Source of the DNA: Ignavibacteriota bacterium
GTDB taxonomy: Bacteria; Bacteroidota; Ignavibacteria; UBA10030; UBA6906
Length of the DNA stretch: 64,000 nt
Reading direction: 5' to 3'
NCBI GenBank assembly: GCA_963837815.1
Contig: CAWIOS010000014.1
Coordinates: 19,426 to 83,425, forward strand
This document shows, piece after piece, positions 40,065 to 49,254 of this stretch (the first letter of the stretch is position 1; every line of letters begins with the position of its first letter). A program made the translations under genes and the position numbers. The notes below the pieces were generated by a model that saw only the letters and a program-made list of their open reading frames with translations, had not been told where the DNA came from and did not search any database.

Positions 40065-41914
40065 AAGGCGGGATGCATACTGTGAATGGGATGGTACGGA
40101 CGCTGTGCGCGATCGCGCTCTTCTGTGCGGCGGCGGCGGCGCAGAACGCGACGTTTCAGGCCGGAGTCGACAGGACCCAGGTGGGGATCGGCGAACAGTT
40201 CACGCTCCAGTTTACGCTGACGAACGCCGGCACGGGGGGAGGGACGAACCTGCAGCTCCCCGATCTCGGGAAATTCCACATCATGTCGGGCCCGAACGAA
40301 TCGTCCGCCATGCAGATCGTGAACGGTGCGGTCTCCTCCTCCGTCACGTACAGCTATGTTCTCCAGCCGAAGGAGGTGGGGAAATTCACGATCGGTGCCG
40401 CGGCGATAGAGGCGGGCGGCGTGACGCTGAAAAGCGCTCCCGTCGCAATCGAGGTTGTCAAAGGCTCCACCCGACCCAAACAGCAGGCGGCGGGGCAGGA
40501 CGATGCGGCAGCGCAGATCGGCGAGAACCTCTTTCTCAAAGCGACGGTGGACAGGACGCACGTTGTGCAGGGTGAACAGGTCAATCTGACATTCAAGATC
40601 TACACACGGGTCTCGATCGCAAGCTACGCGGTGGAGAAGAACCCCACGATGACCGGTTTCTGGGGAGAGGACGTCGAAACGCCGAAGAACATCCAGACGA
40701 ACCCCGAAACGTTGAACGGGAAACAGTTCCGCGTCGGCATCATCAAGCGGATGGCCCTCTTTCCCACGCAGTCGGGGGAGCTCGAGATCGGCCCCATGGA
40801 AGTGCAGGCCGCCGTCCAGATCCAGGACCGCCGCTCGGTGGACCCGTTTGAATCATTCTTCCGGGATCCGTTCGGCCGTCAGGTCAACTACGTCGTCAAG
40901 AGCGATCCCGTCAAGATCAGGGTCGACGCGCTCCCCGCGGATCCCCCGGCTGACTTCAAGGGGGCGGTTGGTCAGTTCGCCATGAGCACGACCGTCGACA
41001 AGAAGTCGACGAGGACGAACGAGCCGATCGATCTGAAGGTGACGGTTTCCGGCACCGGGAACATCAAGCTCATCGAATCCCCCGCGGTGGAGCTCCCCTC
41101 CGATTTTGAGAAATACACGCCGAAGGTCTCCGACAACATCAACAGGACGGGGGACAGGATATCCGGCAGCAAGACGTTCGAGTACCTTCTGATCCCCCGC
41201 TACCCGGGGATGAAGGTCATAAAGCCGGTGACGTTTTCGTACTATGATCCCTCGAAGCGTGAATACGAGCGCCTTCACTCCCCGCAGATCGAGCTGAACG
41301 TCGAGCAGGGGGCGGCCGCCGTCACGCCGCTGATCTCCGGGGGCTCGCAGGAGGACGTGCGTCTCCTCAGCCAGGACATCAGGTTTATCAAGCTGGGAGA
41401 GCCTGATCTCTCCCCGCGCGGCGAGCACCTCCGCATGAACGGCGTGTTCATTGCGATGCTCCTTCTCCCGCTTGCGTGCGTTGGCGGCGCGTTCGTCTAC
41501 GCCCGCCAGCGGAAGGCTGAAATGCTGGACCAGGCCGGGTACAGGAACCGCCGCGCAATCAAGGTGGCGCGGAAGGGGCTGAAGCAGGCCGAGTATCTCC
41601 TGAATGAGAAAGGCTCCTCCGGCTCGCCGGCGAGCAACCAGCGGCTCAGATTTTACGGCGAGATCTCGAAGGCGCTCTGGAAATACCTGGGGGACAAGCT
41701 GAACATCCCCCAGTCGGCATTCTCCATCGAGGGAGCAGTCGCTGAGCTCGGGCGCCGCGCCGTCCCGGAGGACATCGTCACGTCGTTGAAGGCCCTTCTC
41801 GAAACATGCGACCTCGCGCGCTTCGCCCCCACGAGTCTTGATCTTGCCGTCATGCAACGGACGTACGACGAGGCGCAGCGCATCATCGTGGCACTGGAGC
41901 GAACACTCCGATGA
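40061..41914 (+). CDS. batD: BatD-family protein
   Basis: Signal peptide, Ig-like repeats, GAVGQF, GTGNIK, C-terminal TM helix and ARFAP. Confidence 0.88.
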   Translation: MKGGMHTVNGMVRTLCAIALFCAAAAAQNATFQAGVDRTQVGIGEQFTLQFTLTNAGTGGGTNLQLPDLGKFHIMSGPNESSAMQIVNGAVSSSVTYSYVLQPKEVGKFTIGAAAIEAGGVTLKSAPVAIEVVKGSTRPKQQAAGQDDAAAQIGENLFLKATVDRTHVVQGEQVNLTFKIYTRVSIASYAVEKNPTMTGFWGEDVETPKNIQTNPETLNGKQFRVGIIKRMALFPTQSGELEIGPMEVQAAVQIQDRRSVDPFESFFRDPFGRQVNYVVKSDPVKIRVDALPADPPADFKGAVGQFAMSTTVDKKSTRTNEPIDLKVTVSGTGNIKLIESPAVELPSDFEKYTPKVSDNINRTGDRISGSKTFEYLLIPRYPGMKVIKPVTFSYYDPSKREYERLHSPQIELNVEQGAAAVTPLISGGSQEDVRLLSQDIRFIKLGEPDLSPRGEHLRMNGVFIAMLLLPLACVGGAFVYARQRKAEMLDQAGYRNRRAIKVARKGLKQAEYLLNEKGSSGSPASNQRLRFYGEISKALWKYLGDKLNIPQSAFSIEGAVAELGRRAVPEDIVTSLKALLETCDLARFAPTSLDLAVMQRTYDEAQRIIVALERTLR

Positions 41915-42672
41915 GACTGCGCACAATCCCGGTTCTCCTCCTGATACTCGCCGCGTCGAACGGGCTCCGCGCCCAGTCGCCGGACGAGCAGTTCCGCCGT
42001 GCGAACCAGCTCTACCAGCAGGGGAAGTTCGCCGAGGCGCGGGACGCGTACGGCGCGATACTGAGCGGCGGCTATGAAAGCCCCGACCTCTTGTACAATC
42101 TCGGAAACGCCTGTTACAAGAGCGGCTCGATACCCGGGGCGATCCTGAACTACGAAAGGGCGAGGCGGCTCCTCCCCGGGGACGATGATCTCCGCCATAA
42201 CCTGCAGGTCGCGAACATGATGATCACGGACCGGATCGAGCCGACGCCGCGGCTTTTCGTGTGGGACTACTGGGATGGGATCAAGAACTTCTTCACGCTT
42301 CCCGGCCTGACGCTGACAGTCTATTTCTTCTACCTGCTCGTTGCGGTGATGATTGCCGTGTTCTTCCTGGCGCGCACGTATGCACTCAGGAAAATCGCGG
42401 TGCTGACGGGTTCGGGATTTCTTCTTGTCTTCCTCTTCCTCCTTGTCGTCCTCATTGCCCGGTTCGGCGATGCCACGCGGACGGACGAGGCGGTCGTGAT
42501 GTCGCCGATCGTCACCGTCAAGAACTCTCCCGACCCGAAGAGTTCTGACGCTTTCGTGCTTCACGGGGGCGTCAAGGTGCAGCTTGTCGACAGGGTGGGG
42601 AGCTGGTCAAAAGTGCGGCTGGCGGACGGGAAGGTGGGCTGGCTTGAAGGATCCTCTGTCGAAGTGATCTAG
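41911..42672 (+). CDS. batE: BatE TPR/SH3 protein
   Basis: YNLGNACYK...AILNYERA; C-terminal SH3-like WSKVRLADGKVGW. Confidence 0.88.
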   Translation: MRLRTIPVLLLILAASNGLRAQSPDEQFRRANQLYQQGKFAEARDAYGAILSGGYESPDLLYNLGNACYKSGSIPGAILNYERARRLLPGDDDLRHNLQVANMMITDRIEPTPRLFVWDYWDGIKNFFTLPGLTLTVYFFYLLVAVMIAVFFLARTYALRKIAVLTGSGFLLVFLFLLVVLIARFGDATRTDEAVVMSPIVTVKNSPDPKSSDAFVLHGGVKVQLVDRVGSWSKVRLADGKVGWLEGSSVEVI

Positions 42673-42730
42673 GCGGCCTTACCATGTCTCGATCTCGGCC
42701 GCGCGTGGATAGCGCGGCAAGAGGCGCCTT

Positions 42731-42760
42731 TTGATTCCCGGTGGTTTTTTCATATATTTG
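42731..42760 (+). promoter_or_regulatory. Orphan sigma70-type promoter
   Basis: TTGATT-16 bp-TATATT(TG); no plus-strand gene follows. Confidence 0.5.
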
Positions 42761-42785
42761 AGGCGATTTACCCGGAGGGCCTTGC

Positions 42786-42824
42786 GTGAATTCTTCCGCC
42801 CCCCCCGGTGTTCTTTACTGGTGA
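42786..42824 (+). other. Candidate leader peptide MNSSAPPGVLYW
   Basis: GGAGG at 42774-42778, GTG at 42786, ...TAC TGG TGA. Confidence 0.35.
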
Positions 42825-42846
42825 CGCAGACAACGCTGGAAGAGAG

Positions 42847-42876
42847 GCCTCCGGGATTTGCGGGGGCTTTTTATTT
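42847..42876 (+). terminator. Rho-independent terminator
   Basis: GCCTCCG-ggatttg-CGGGGGC followed by TTTTTATTT. Confidence 0.75.
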
Positions 42877-43586
42877 GTACGTCCATGCGGGATTCAGGTA
42901 CTTTTCCCTGGCAAGTCGCGCGGTTTCTTCGACGGGGATGTCGGCGGCCGTTACCTGGGCCCCCCATGATGCCCTGAGGGCGTCTTTCAGCTCATCCGCG
43001 CTGATCCGGAGGTTCCGGAGGAATTCGCTGTGGCTCCGCCCCTCCCTGTAATCCGGCGCCCGGGAGGGGAGCGGGAGAAGGTCTTCGATGAGCGCGAAGT
43101 CGAGATCGAGAAGTATGCAGCCGTGGTAGAGTACCGAACGGATGCGCCTCCGCTGGGCGTTCCCTGAGATCTTCCGGCCGCCTATCGTGAGGTCGCTCAA
43201 TCCCCTCACGGTGACCTTTTCTCCCGCAAGGGAGCTGATAACCCCGGCGGTCCGGTCGAGGACGAAGTCGTTCGTTGAGGCCGCGTGTGCAAGCCGCGGA
43301 TCGTCCCCGGTGTTCAGCACAAGCGTGAAGTTGAGGCACCCGGGACCCTGGACGACGGCTCCCCCTCCGCTGGAACGGCGGAACACGGGGATCCCGCGCT
43401 CACGGCACCTGTCAAGCCTGACTTCGCGGTCGGCGAGGTTCGTCCTCCCGAGAACGACGCACGGCTCGGACGGCTCCCAGAATCGGAGGAAGCCCTCGCC
43501 GCTTTCGTTCTCCCTCAGGTTGAGAAGGGCTTCATCGAGAGCGATCTGGGAGGCGGCTGTGGGGGGGAGAATTTGACGAATTGCAC
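42871..43586 (-). pseudogene. Lipoate-protein ligase/octanoyltransferase family protein (catalytic domain only), frameshifted in a homopolymer
   Basis: IALDEALL, LRFWE, VVLGR, RRSSGGGAV, KISGNAQ, LYHG; GTG 43586 is in frame only if the G7 run at 43561-43567 were G8; may be a sequencing error. Confidence 0.8.
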
Positions 43587-43599
43587 GTGCGAACCTGAT

Positions 43600-43628
43600 T
43601 TGAATAGGGTGCGGGAAAAAAGTACATT
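43600..43628 (+). promoter_or_regulatory. Sigma70-type promoter of aceE
   Basis: TTGAAT-17 bp-TACATT. Confidence 0.55.
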
Positions 43629-43676
43629 ACGCGTCACTGGTGGCGCTGTTCCCGACAAACAACAATCGACACCGAG

Positions 43677-46373
43677 ATGGAAACTGAAAATAAGGAACCT
43701 GACTCTCTCGCGCAAGGAAAGAACGGCAGGGGAGACAACGGGTGGCTGGCGTCGCTTGAGTTCATACTCCAGACCGCGCTGAAGGACAAGGAGCCGGGAA
43801 GCGTCGCACTCGCGCTCGAGAAGTTGAATGAGCACCTGAGGAATTCCGGCCTTACGCTCCCCCCGCTTGTCCGCACCCCCTACACGAACACGATCGCACC
43901 GGAGAACGAACCCGCCTATCCGGGAAACAGGGAGATAGAGCGGCGTATCAAGAGCTACATCCGCTGGAACGCAATGGCGATGGTCGTGAAGTCGAACCGG
44001 ATGTACGCGGGACTCGGCGGGCATATCTCGACGTACGCATCATCCGCCACGCTCTACGAGGTCGGGTTCAATCACTTTTTCCGCGGCGGCGAAGGGGAAC
44101 GCCCCGCCGACATGATTTACTTCCAGGGGCACGGCGCGCCCGGCATGTACGCGCGCGCGTTTGTCGAGGGTCGCATCGACGCCGAACAGCTTCATAACTT
44201 CCGCCGCGAGCTCGCCCCGGGGGGCGGACTCTCCTCGTATCCCCATCCCTACCTGATGCCTGAGTTCTGGCAGTTCCCGACCGTGTCGATGGGGCTCGCT
44301 CCCATACTGTCGATCTACCAGGCCCGGTTTAACCGGTATCTCAAATCGCGCGGGTTCATCAAAGGTGAAGAGCCGCGCGTCTGGTGCTTCGTCGGCGACG
44401 GCGAATCGGATGAGCCCGAAACGCTTGGCGCGCTCACTCTGGCCTCGCGTGAAAAACTTGACAACCTCGTCTGGGTTGTAAACTGCAACCTCCAGCGGCT
44501 CGACGGCCCGGTTCGCGGGAACGGAAAGATCATACAGGATCTTGAGGCCGCATTCCGCGGCGCGGGCTGGAACGTCATCAAGGTGATCTGGGGATCGGAC
44601 TGGGATCCGCTCCTGGCCGCCGACAGGAAAGGTCTTCTCCTGAAGAGGATGGAGGAGGCGGTCGACGGGGACTTTCAGAAATATTCGGTCGAGCCCGGGA
44701 GCTACACGCGGCGTCACTTCTTCGGAAAGTATCCCGAGCTCGCGGAGATGGTGAACCATCTTTCGGACGAGCAGATCCGGAAGCTCCTCCGCGGGGGACA
44801 TGATCCGAAGAAAGTCCACGCGGCGTACCGCGCCGCTGTGGATTTCAGGGGTGGCCCCACGGTTGTGCTTGCAAAGACCGTCAAGGGATACGGCCTCGGG
44901 GAGGCCGGGGAAGGCCGGAACGTCACCCACCAGCAGAAGAAGCTGAACGAAAAAGAGCTCAGGGAATTCAGAACGAGGTTCAACATCCCGATTGCTGACG
45001 AGGAAGTTGCGGAGACCCCGTTTTACAGGCCCCCCGCAGCGAGCCCGGAGATGGTCTATCTCCAGGAACGCCGGAAGACCCTCGGGGGGTACCTCCCGGC
45101 ACGGAACGTCCGGAGGCACCCGCTGGAGATCCCTCCCATAGAGCAGTTTGCGGAATTCCTCAAGGGGTCGGAGAGGTTCGAGGTCTCGACAACGATGGCG
45201 TTCGTCAGGCTTCTCGGCATGCTCCTCAGAAACAAAAACGTCGGCAGAAGGATCGTTCCCATCATCCCCGACGAGGCGCGGACGTTCGGCATGGACCCCC
45301 TCTTCCGCGAGATCGGCATCTACTCCTCGAAGGGACAACTCTACGAGCCGGTGGACAGCGAGTCGCTTCTCTATTACCATGAGGCGAAGGACGGTCAGAT
45401 ACTCGAAGAGGGAATCACGGAGGCCGGTGCGATGGCCTCGTTCATCGCCGCGGGAACCGCATACGCGAGTGTCGGCGAGCCGATGATCCCTTTTTATATT
45501 TACTACTCGATGTTCGGGTTCCAGCGGATCGGCGACCTTGCCTGGGCCGCCGGCGACATCCGTGCGAAGGGTTTCATGCTCGGCGGGACGGCCGGGAGGA
45601 CGACGCTCAATGGCGAAGGGCTCCAGCACGAGGACGGCCACAGCCATATACTCGCGAGCACGGTGCCGAACCTCGTCACGTACGATCCGGCGTTTGCCTA
45701 TGAAACCGCCGTCATTATACAGGACGGGCTCCGGCGCATGTACGGAGAGGGAGAAGAAGTCTTCTACTATCTGACGCTCTACAACGAGAACTACCTCATG
45801 CCCCCGATGCCGGAAGGATCGCGCGAGGGGATACTGAAGGGGCTGTACAGGTTCCGCCGCGGGAACCCCGCCCGGAATCACAGGGCGCACATATTCGGAA
45901 GCGGGCCGATCATGAACCAGGCCCTCCGGGCGCAGGAGATACTCGCGGAGCGGTACGACGTGAACGCGGATGTCTGGAGCGCGACGAGCTACAAGCTTCT
46001 CCGGAACGATGCGCTCCGTGCGAAACGGTGGAGTATGCTTCACCCCGGTGAGGCTCCCCGGATCTCCTATCTTGAAAATCTTCTGGAGCACGAGGAAGGA
46101 GTCTTTGTCGCGGTGTCTGACTACATGAAGATCGTTCCGGATCAGATCGCGCCGTGGGTCCCCGGGGGCCTGACGACGCTCGGGACGGACGGCTTCGGCC
46201 GGAGCGACACGCGCCCCGCGCTGCGACGGTTTTTTGAGATCGACGCCGAAATGACTGTCGTTGCAACGCTGTACGCCCTTGCCACGGAGGGTGAGATCAG
46301 GATGGAGACCGTGGAGAAGGCAATCAGGGACCTGAACATCGATCCGGAGAAGCCGTTTCCGCTTCTTGTCTAG
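43677..46373 (+). CDS. aceE: Pyruvate dehydrogenase E1, homodimeric type
   Basis: GGHISTYAS, YPHP, GDGESDEPE ThDP motif, NGEGLQH, GTDGFGRSDTR. Confidence 0.96.
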   Translation: METENKEPDSLAQGKNGRGDNGWLASLEFILQTALKDKEPGSVALALEKLNEHLRNSGLTLPPLVRTPYTNTIAPENEPAYPGNREIERRIKSYIRWNAMAMVVKSNRMYAGLGGHISTYASSATLYEVGFNHFFRGGEGERPADMIYFQGHGAPGMYARAFVEGRIDAEQLHNFRRELAPGGGLSSYPHPYLMPEFWQFPTVSMGLAPILSIYQARFNRYLKSRGFIKGEEPRVWCFVGDGESDEPETLGALTLASREKLDNLVWVVNCNLQRLDGPVRGNGKIIQDLEAAFRGAGWNVIKVIWGSDWDPLLAADRKGLLLKRMEEAVDGDFQKYSVEPGSYTRRHFFGKYPELAEMVNHLSDEQIRKLLRGGHDPKKVHAAYRAAVDFRGGPTVVLAKTVKGYGLGEAGEGRNVTHQQKKLNEKELREFRTRFNIPIADEEVAETPFYRPPAASPEMVYLQERRKTLGGYLPARNVRRHPLEIPPIEQFAEFLKGSERFEVSTTMAFVRLLGMLLRNKNVGRRIVPIIPDEARTFGMDPLFREIGIYSSKGQLYEPVDSESLLYYHEAKDGQILEEGITEAGAMASFIAAGTAYASVGEPMIPFYIYYSMFGFQRIGDLAWAAGDIRAKGFMLGGTAGRTTLNGEGLQHEDGHSHILASTVPNLVTYDPAFAYETAVIIQDGLRRMYGEGEEVFYYLTLYNENYLMPPMPEGSREGILKGLYRFRRGNPARNHRAHIFGSGPIMNQALRAQEILAERYDVNADVWSATSYKLLRNDALRAKRWSMLHPGEAPRISYLENLLEHEEGVFVAVSDYMKIVPDQIAPWVPGGLTTLGTDGFGRSDTRPALRRFFEIDAEMTVVATLYALATEGEIRMETVEKAIRDLNIDPEKPFPLLV

Positions 46374-46405
46374 GCGTTCCGGAAGTCTTTCAAAGGAGAT
46401 CATCC

Positions 46406-47764
46406 ATGGATGTCCGTCTGCCACGCCTCGGTGAAGGCGCGGATTCAGGTGTCATTGCGACTGTGTTTGTGAAAGTAGGGGATCTTGTCAAAAAGGATCA
46501 GCCGGTCCTTGAGATTGAGAGCGAAAAGGCGGTCGCGACTATTCCCGCCCCCGTGGCGGGGACCGTTACAAAAATCCTCGTCAAGGAGGGAGAGGAGATC
46601 AAAGTCGGGGGGCTGATACTCGTTCTCTCCGACAACGGCGCAGGGATCGCCGCAGCTCCCGCCGCGCCGCCGCGTGCGATAGATGCTTCGGTCGGTGATG
46701 ATGCCGATGAGCATCCTTCAATCGACGTGCAGGTTCCGCCTCCCGCGGCTCCGGCTGTGCCTGCCGCCCCCGTTCCTGCAGGCGCGCCGCTCGCCGGAGG
46801 GCAGAGCGGATTCCCCGTCGTCCACCCGTCGTCGGCGCCGCCGCCGGCGTCCCCTTCTCTCCGGAAGATCGCGCGGGAACTCGGGATCGACCTCTACCGC
46901 GTCCACGGAAGCGAGCGGGGAGGGCGGATCGTCATGTCCGACCTTCGCGCGTACGTCCAGAAGATTCAAAAAACTGCGCTCGAAGGGCGCCCCGCAGCTC
47001 CGGCCCCGGCTCCCGCTCAGGTCGCGAAGCCAGCCCCGGTCAGCATCGATTTTGCGCAGTGGGGTCCCGTCACGAAGCAGAAGATGACGATACTCCGGAA
47101 ATCGATAAGCCGGAAGATGGTCGAATCGTGGACCACCGTTCCCCACATTGCGCAGTTCGAGGAAGTGGACGTCACGGAGCTTCTTGCGCTCAGGAAGAAA
47201 TACGCCGCGAAGTACAAGTCGAAGAATGCGCACCTGACGCTCACATCGTTTGCCCTCCGTGCCGTCGTCGCCGCGCTCAGGAAGAATCCGTCGTTTAATG
47301 CGAGCATCGACGAGGCCGCCGGGGAAATCGTGCTCAAGAACTACTATAACGTTGGCATCGCCGTCGACACGGAGCAGGGACTCATCGTCCCCGTGCTCCG
47401 GGACGTGGACAAAAAGAGCATATTCCAGCTCTCCGCGGAGCTCGCGGCACTTGCCGAACGGACCCGCGTGCGGAAGGTCGCGCTGGAGGAGATGCAGGGA
47501 GGGACGTTCACGATCTCCAACCAGGGGGGGATCGGCGGCGCTCACTTTACCCCTATCGTCAACACCCCTGAGGTGGCGATCCTCGGGATGGGGCGCGGCG
47601 TCGTGAAGCCGGTCGTCGAAGAGGGGAAAATTGTACAGCGGACGATGATGCCCATCGTCCTCTCGTACGACCACCGGGTGAACGACGGCGCGAATGCCGC
47701 CCGGTTCATCGTCGATCTCGTGCAGGAATTCGGAAACATCAAAGACGCGGACGTCAAAATCTGA
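46406..47764 (+). CDS. aceF: Dihydrolipoamide acetyltransferase E2 (single lipoyl domain)
   Basis: IESEKA lipoyl Lys, Ala/Pro linkers, ASPSLRKIARELG, DHRVNDG. Confidence 0.93.
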   Translation: MDVRLPRLGEGADSGVIATVFVKVGDLVKKDQPVLEIESEKAVATIPAPVAGTVTKILVKEGEEIKVGGLILVLSDNGAGIAAAPAAPPRAIDASVGDDADEHPSIDVQVPPPAAPAVPAAPVPAGAPLAGGQSGFPVVHPSSAPPPASPSLRKIARELGIDLYRVHGSERGGRIVMSDLRAYVQKIQKTALEGRPAAPAPAPAQVAKPAPVSIDFAQWGPVTKQKMTILRKSISRKMVESWTTVPHIAQFEEVDVTELLALRKKYAAKYKSKNAHLTLTSFALRAVVAALRKNPSFNASIDEAAGEIVLKNYYNVGIAVDTEQGLIVPVLRDVDKKSIFQLSAELAALAERTRVRKVALEEMQGGTFTISNQGGIGGAHFTPIVNTPEVAILGMGRGVVKPVVEEGKIVQRTMMPIVLSYDHRVNDGANAARFIVDLVQEFGNIKDADVKI

Positions 47765-47818
47765 GCGCCGGCCGCACGTCGCTGACGCCAATTCCAGGAT
47801 ACGGAGGACAGGGATAAC

Positions 47819-49246
47819 GTGAAATCCATCAAGACGGAAATCGTGGTTCTCGGTGCGGGTCCCGGCGGTTACGCCGCGGCGTTTTATGCGGCGGACAAGG
47901 GGAAGAAAGTCATCATGGTCGAACAGGAGAAGCGCCTGGGGGGCGTCTGCCTGAACAGGGGATGCATCCCGTCCAAGGCGTACCTTCACGCGGCAAAGCT
48001 CGTCGCCGAGGCGGAGGAATCCGCATTCCGGGGAATTCACTTCGCGAAGCCGCGGATCGACCTGAACGAAATGCGGGCGTGGAAAGAATCGATACTCGAC
48101 AGGCTCGCAGGGGGGATCACCTCTCTTGCAAAGCGGAGAAACGTCGAGGTGATGCAGGGACGGGGATATTTCGAGGACTCCTCGACGCTCCGCGTGGAGA
48201 CATCCGGCGGGCAGCAGTTCGTCACGTTCGATCAGGCGATCATCGCCGTGGGGTCGAAAGCGGCAATGCCGGCCGCGTTCGACCTGGGGAACCCGCGCGT
48301 CATGACGTCGACGGAGGCGCTCGAGCTCGAGGAGATCCCGAAAGATCTCCTTGTTGTCGGCGGCGGATACATAGGCATGGAGCTGGGGACCGTCTACGCG
48401 ACGCTGGGGAGCAGCACCGTCGTCGTCGAGGCGCTTGACTCGATACTAACCGGGGCCGACCCGGACCTTGCGCGGCCTGTCGCGCAGCGGGCGGCGAAGC
48501 TCTTCCGGGAGATCCGCGTCAAGACGAAAGTCGTCAAGATGGCGACTGCCGGAAAACACATCAGGGTGAACCTGGAAGTCAACGGGGAGAAGAAAGAAGA
48601 GCTGTATGACCGCGTCCTGGTTTCCGTCGGGCGCGTTCCGAACTGCGCCGACCTGGGACTCGAGAACACACACGTGCAGCGGGATGAAAAGGGCTTCATC
48701 ACCGTCGACGACCACCAGCGGACCGCGGACCCGGCGATATTTGCAATCGGCGACGTCGCCGGGGGGGTCCTTCTCGCGCACAAGGCGTCAAAAGAGGCGC
48801 GGGTTGCGGTCGAGGTCATCGCGGGAGAAATGAGCACCTTCGAGGATATCATCATCCCCGCTGTCGTATTCACGGATCCCGAGCTTGCCTGGTGCGGGCT
48901 CACGGAGTCGGAAGCAAAACAGAAGGGGATGAACGTTGAAGTGGCGAAGTTCCCCTGGTCCGCCTCCGGCCGCGCACTCAGCTTCGACAGAACAGACGGG
49001 ATGACGAAGCTCGTCATCGACCCGGAATCGGAGAGAATACTCGGTGTCGGAATCGTCGGCGCGGGTGCTGGAGAGCTCATCGGCGAAGGGGTTCTTGCGA
49101 TCGAAATGGGCGCCACGGCGAAGGATCTGGCGGAATCGGTTCACCCGCATCCGACCCTATCGGAGACCCTGTCAGAGTGCGCCGAAGCGTTTTACGGGTA
49201 CGCGACGCACACGTTTTCGCGGAAGAAAACGCCTGCGGAGCAGTAG
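47819..49246 (+). CDS. lpdA: Dihydrolipoyl dehydrogenase E3
   Basis: GAGPGG, GGVCLNRGCIPSK, GGGYIG, HPHPTLSE. Confidence 0.96.
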   Translation: MKSIKTEIVVLGAGPGGYAAAFYAADKGKKVIMVEQEKRLGGVCLNRGCIPSKAYLHAAKLVAEAEESAFRGIHFAKPRIDLNEMRAWKESILDRLAGGITSLAKRRNVEVMQGRGYFEDSSTLRVETSGGQQFVTFDQAIIAVGSKAAMPAAFDLGNPRVMTSTEALELEEIPKDLLVVGGGYIGMELGTVYATLGSSTVVVEALDSILTGADPDLARPVAQRAAKLFREIRVKTKVVKMATAGKHIRVNLEVNGEKKEELYDRVLVSVGRVPNCADLGLENTHVQRDEKGFITVDDHQRTADPAIFAIGDVAGGVLLAHKASKEARVAVEVIAGEMSTFEDIIIPAVVFTDPELAWCGLTESEAKQKGMNVEVAKFPWSASGRALSFDRTDGMTKLVIDPESERILGVGIVGAGAGELIGEGVLAIEMGATAKDLAESVHPHPTLSETLSECAEAFYGYATHTFSRKKTPAEQ

Positions 49247-49254
49247 AGGAGTGT

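Noticed and set aside
34451-42672. moxR-bat operon as a novel system
   Set aside because: Known Bacteroides aerotolerance-type operon in its usual order.
42765-42876. SRP RNA, 6S RNA, T-box, PyrR site or hammerhead identity for the orphan RNA
   Set aside because: Lacks the SRP GGAA/GCAG core, UGGNACC, ARUCCNGNGAGGYU and CUGANGA/GAAA; too short for 6S.
44040-46424. 794-aa minus-strand ORF
   Set aside because: Antisense shadow of aceE.
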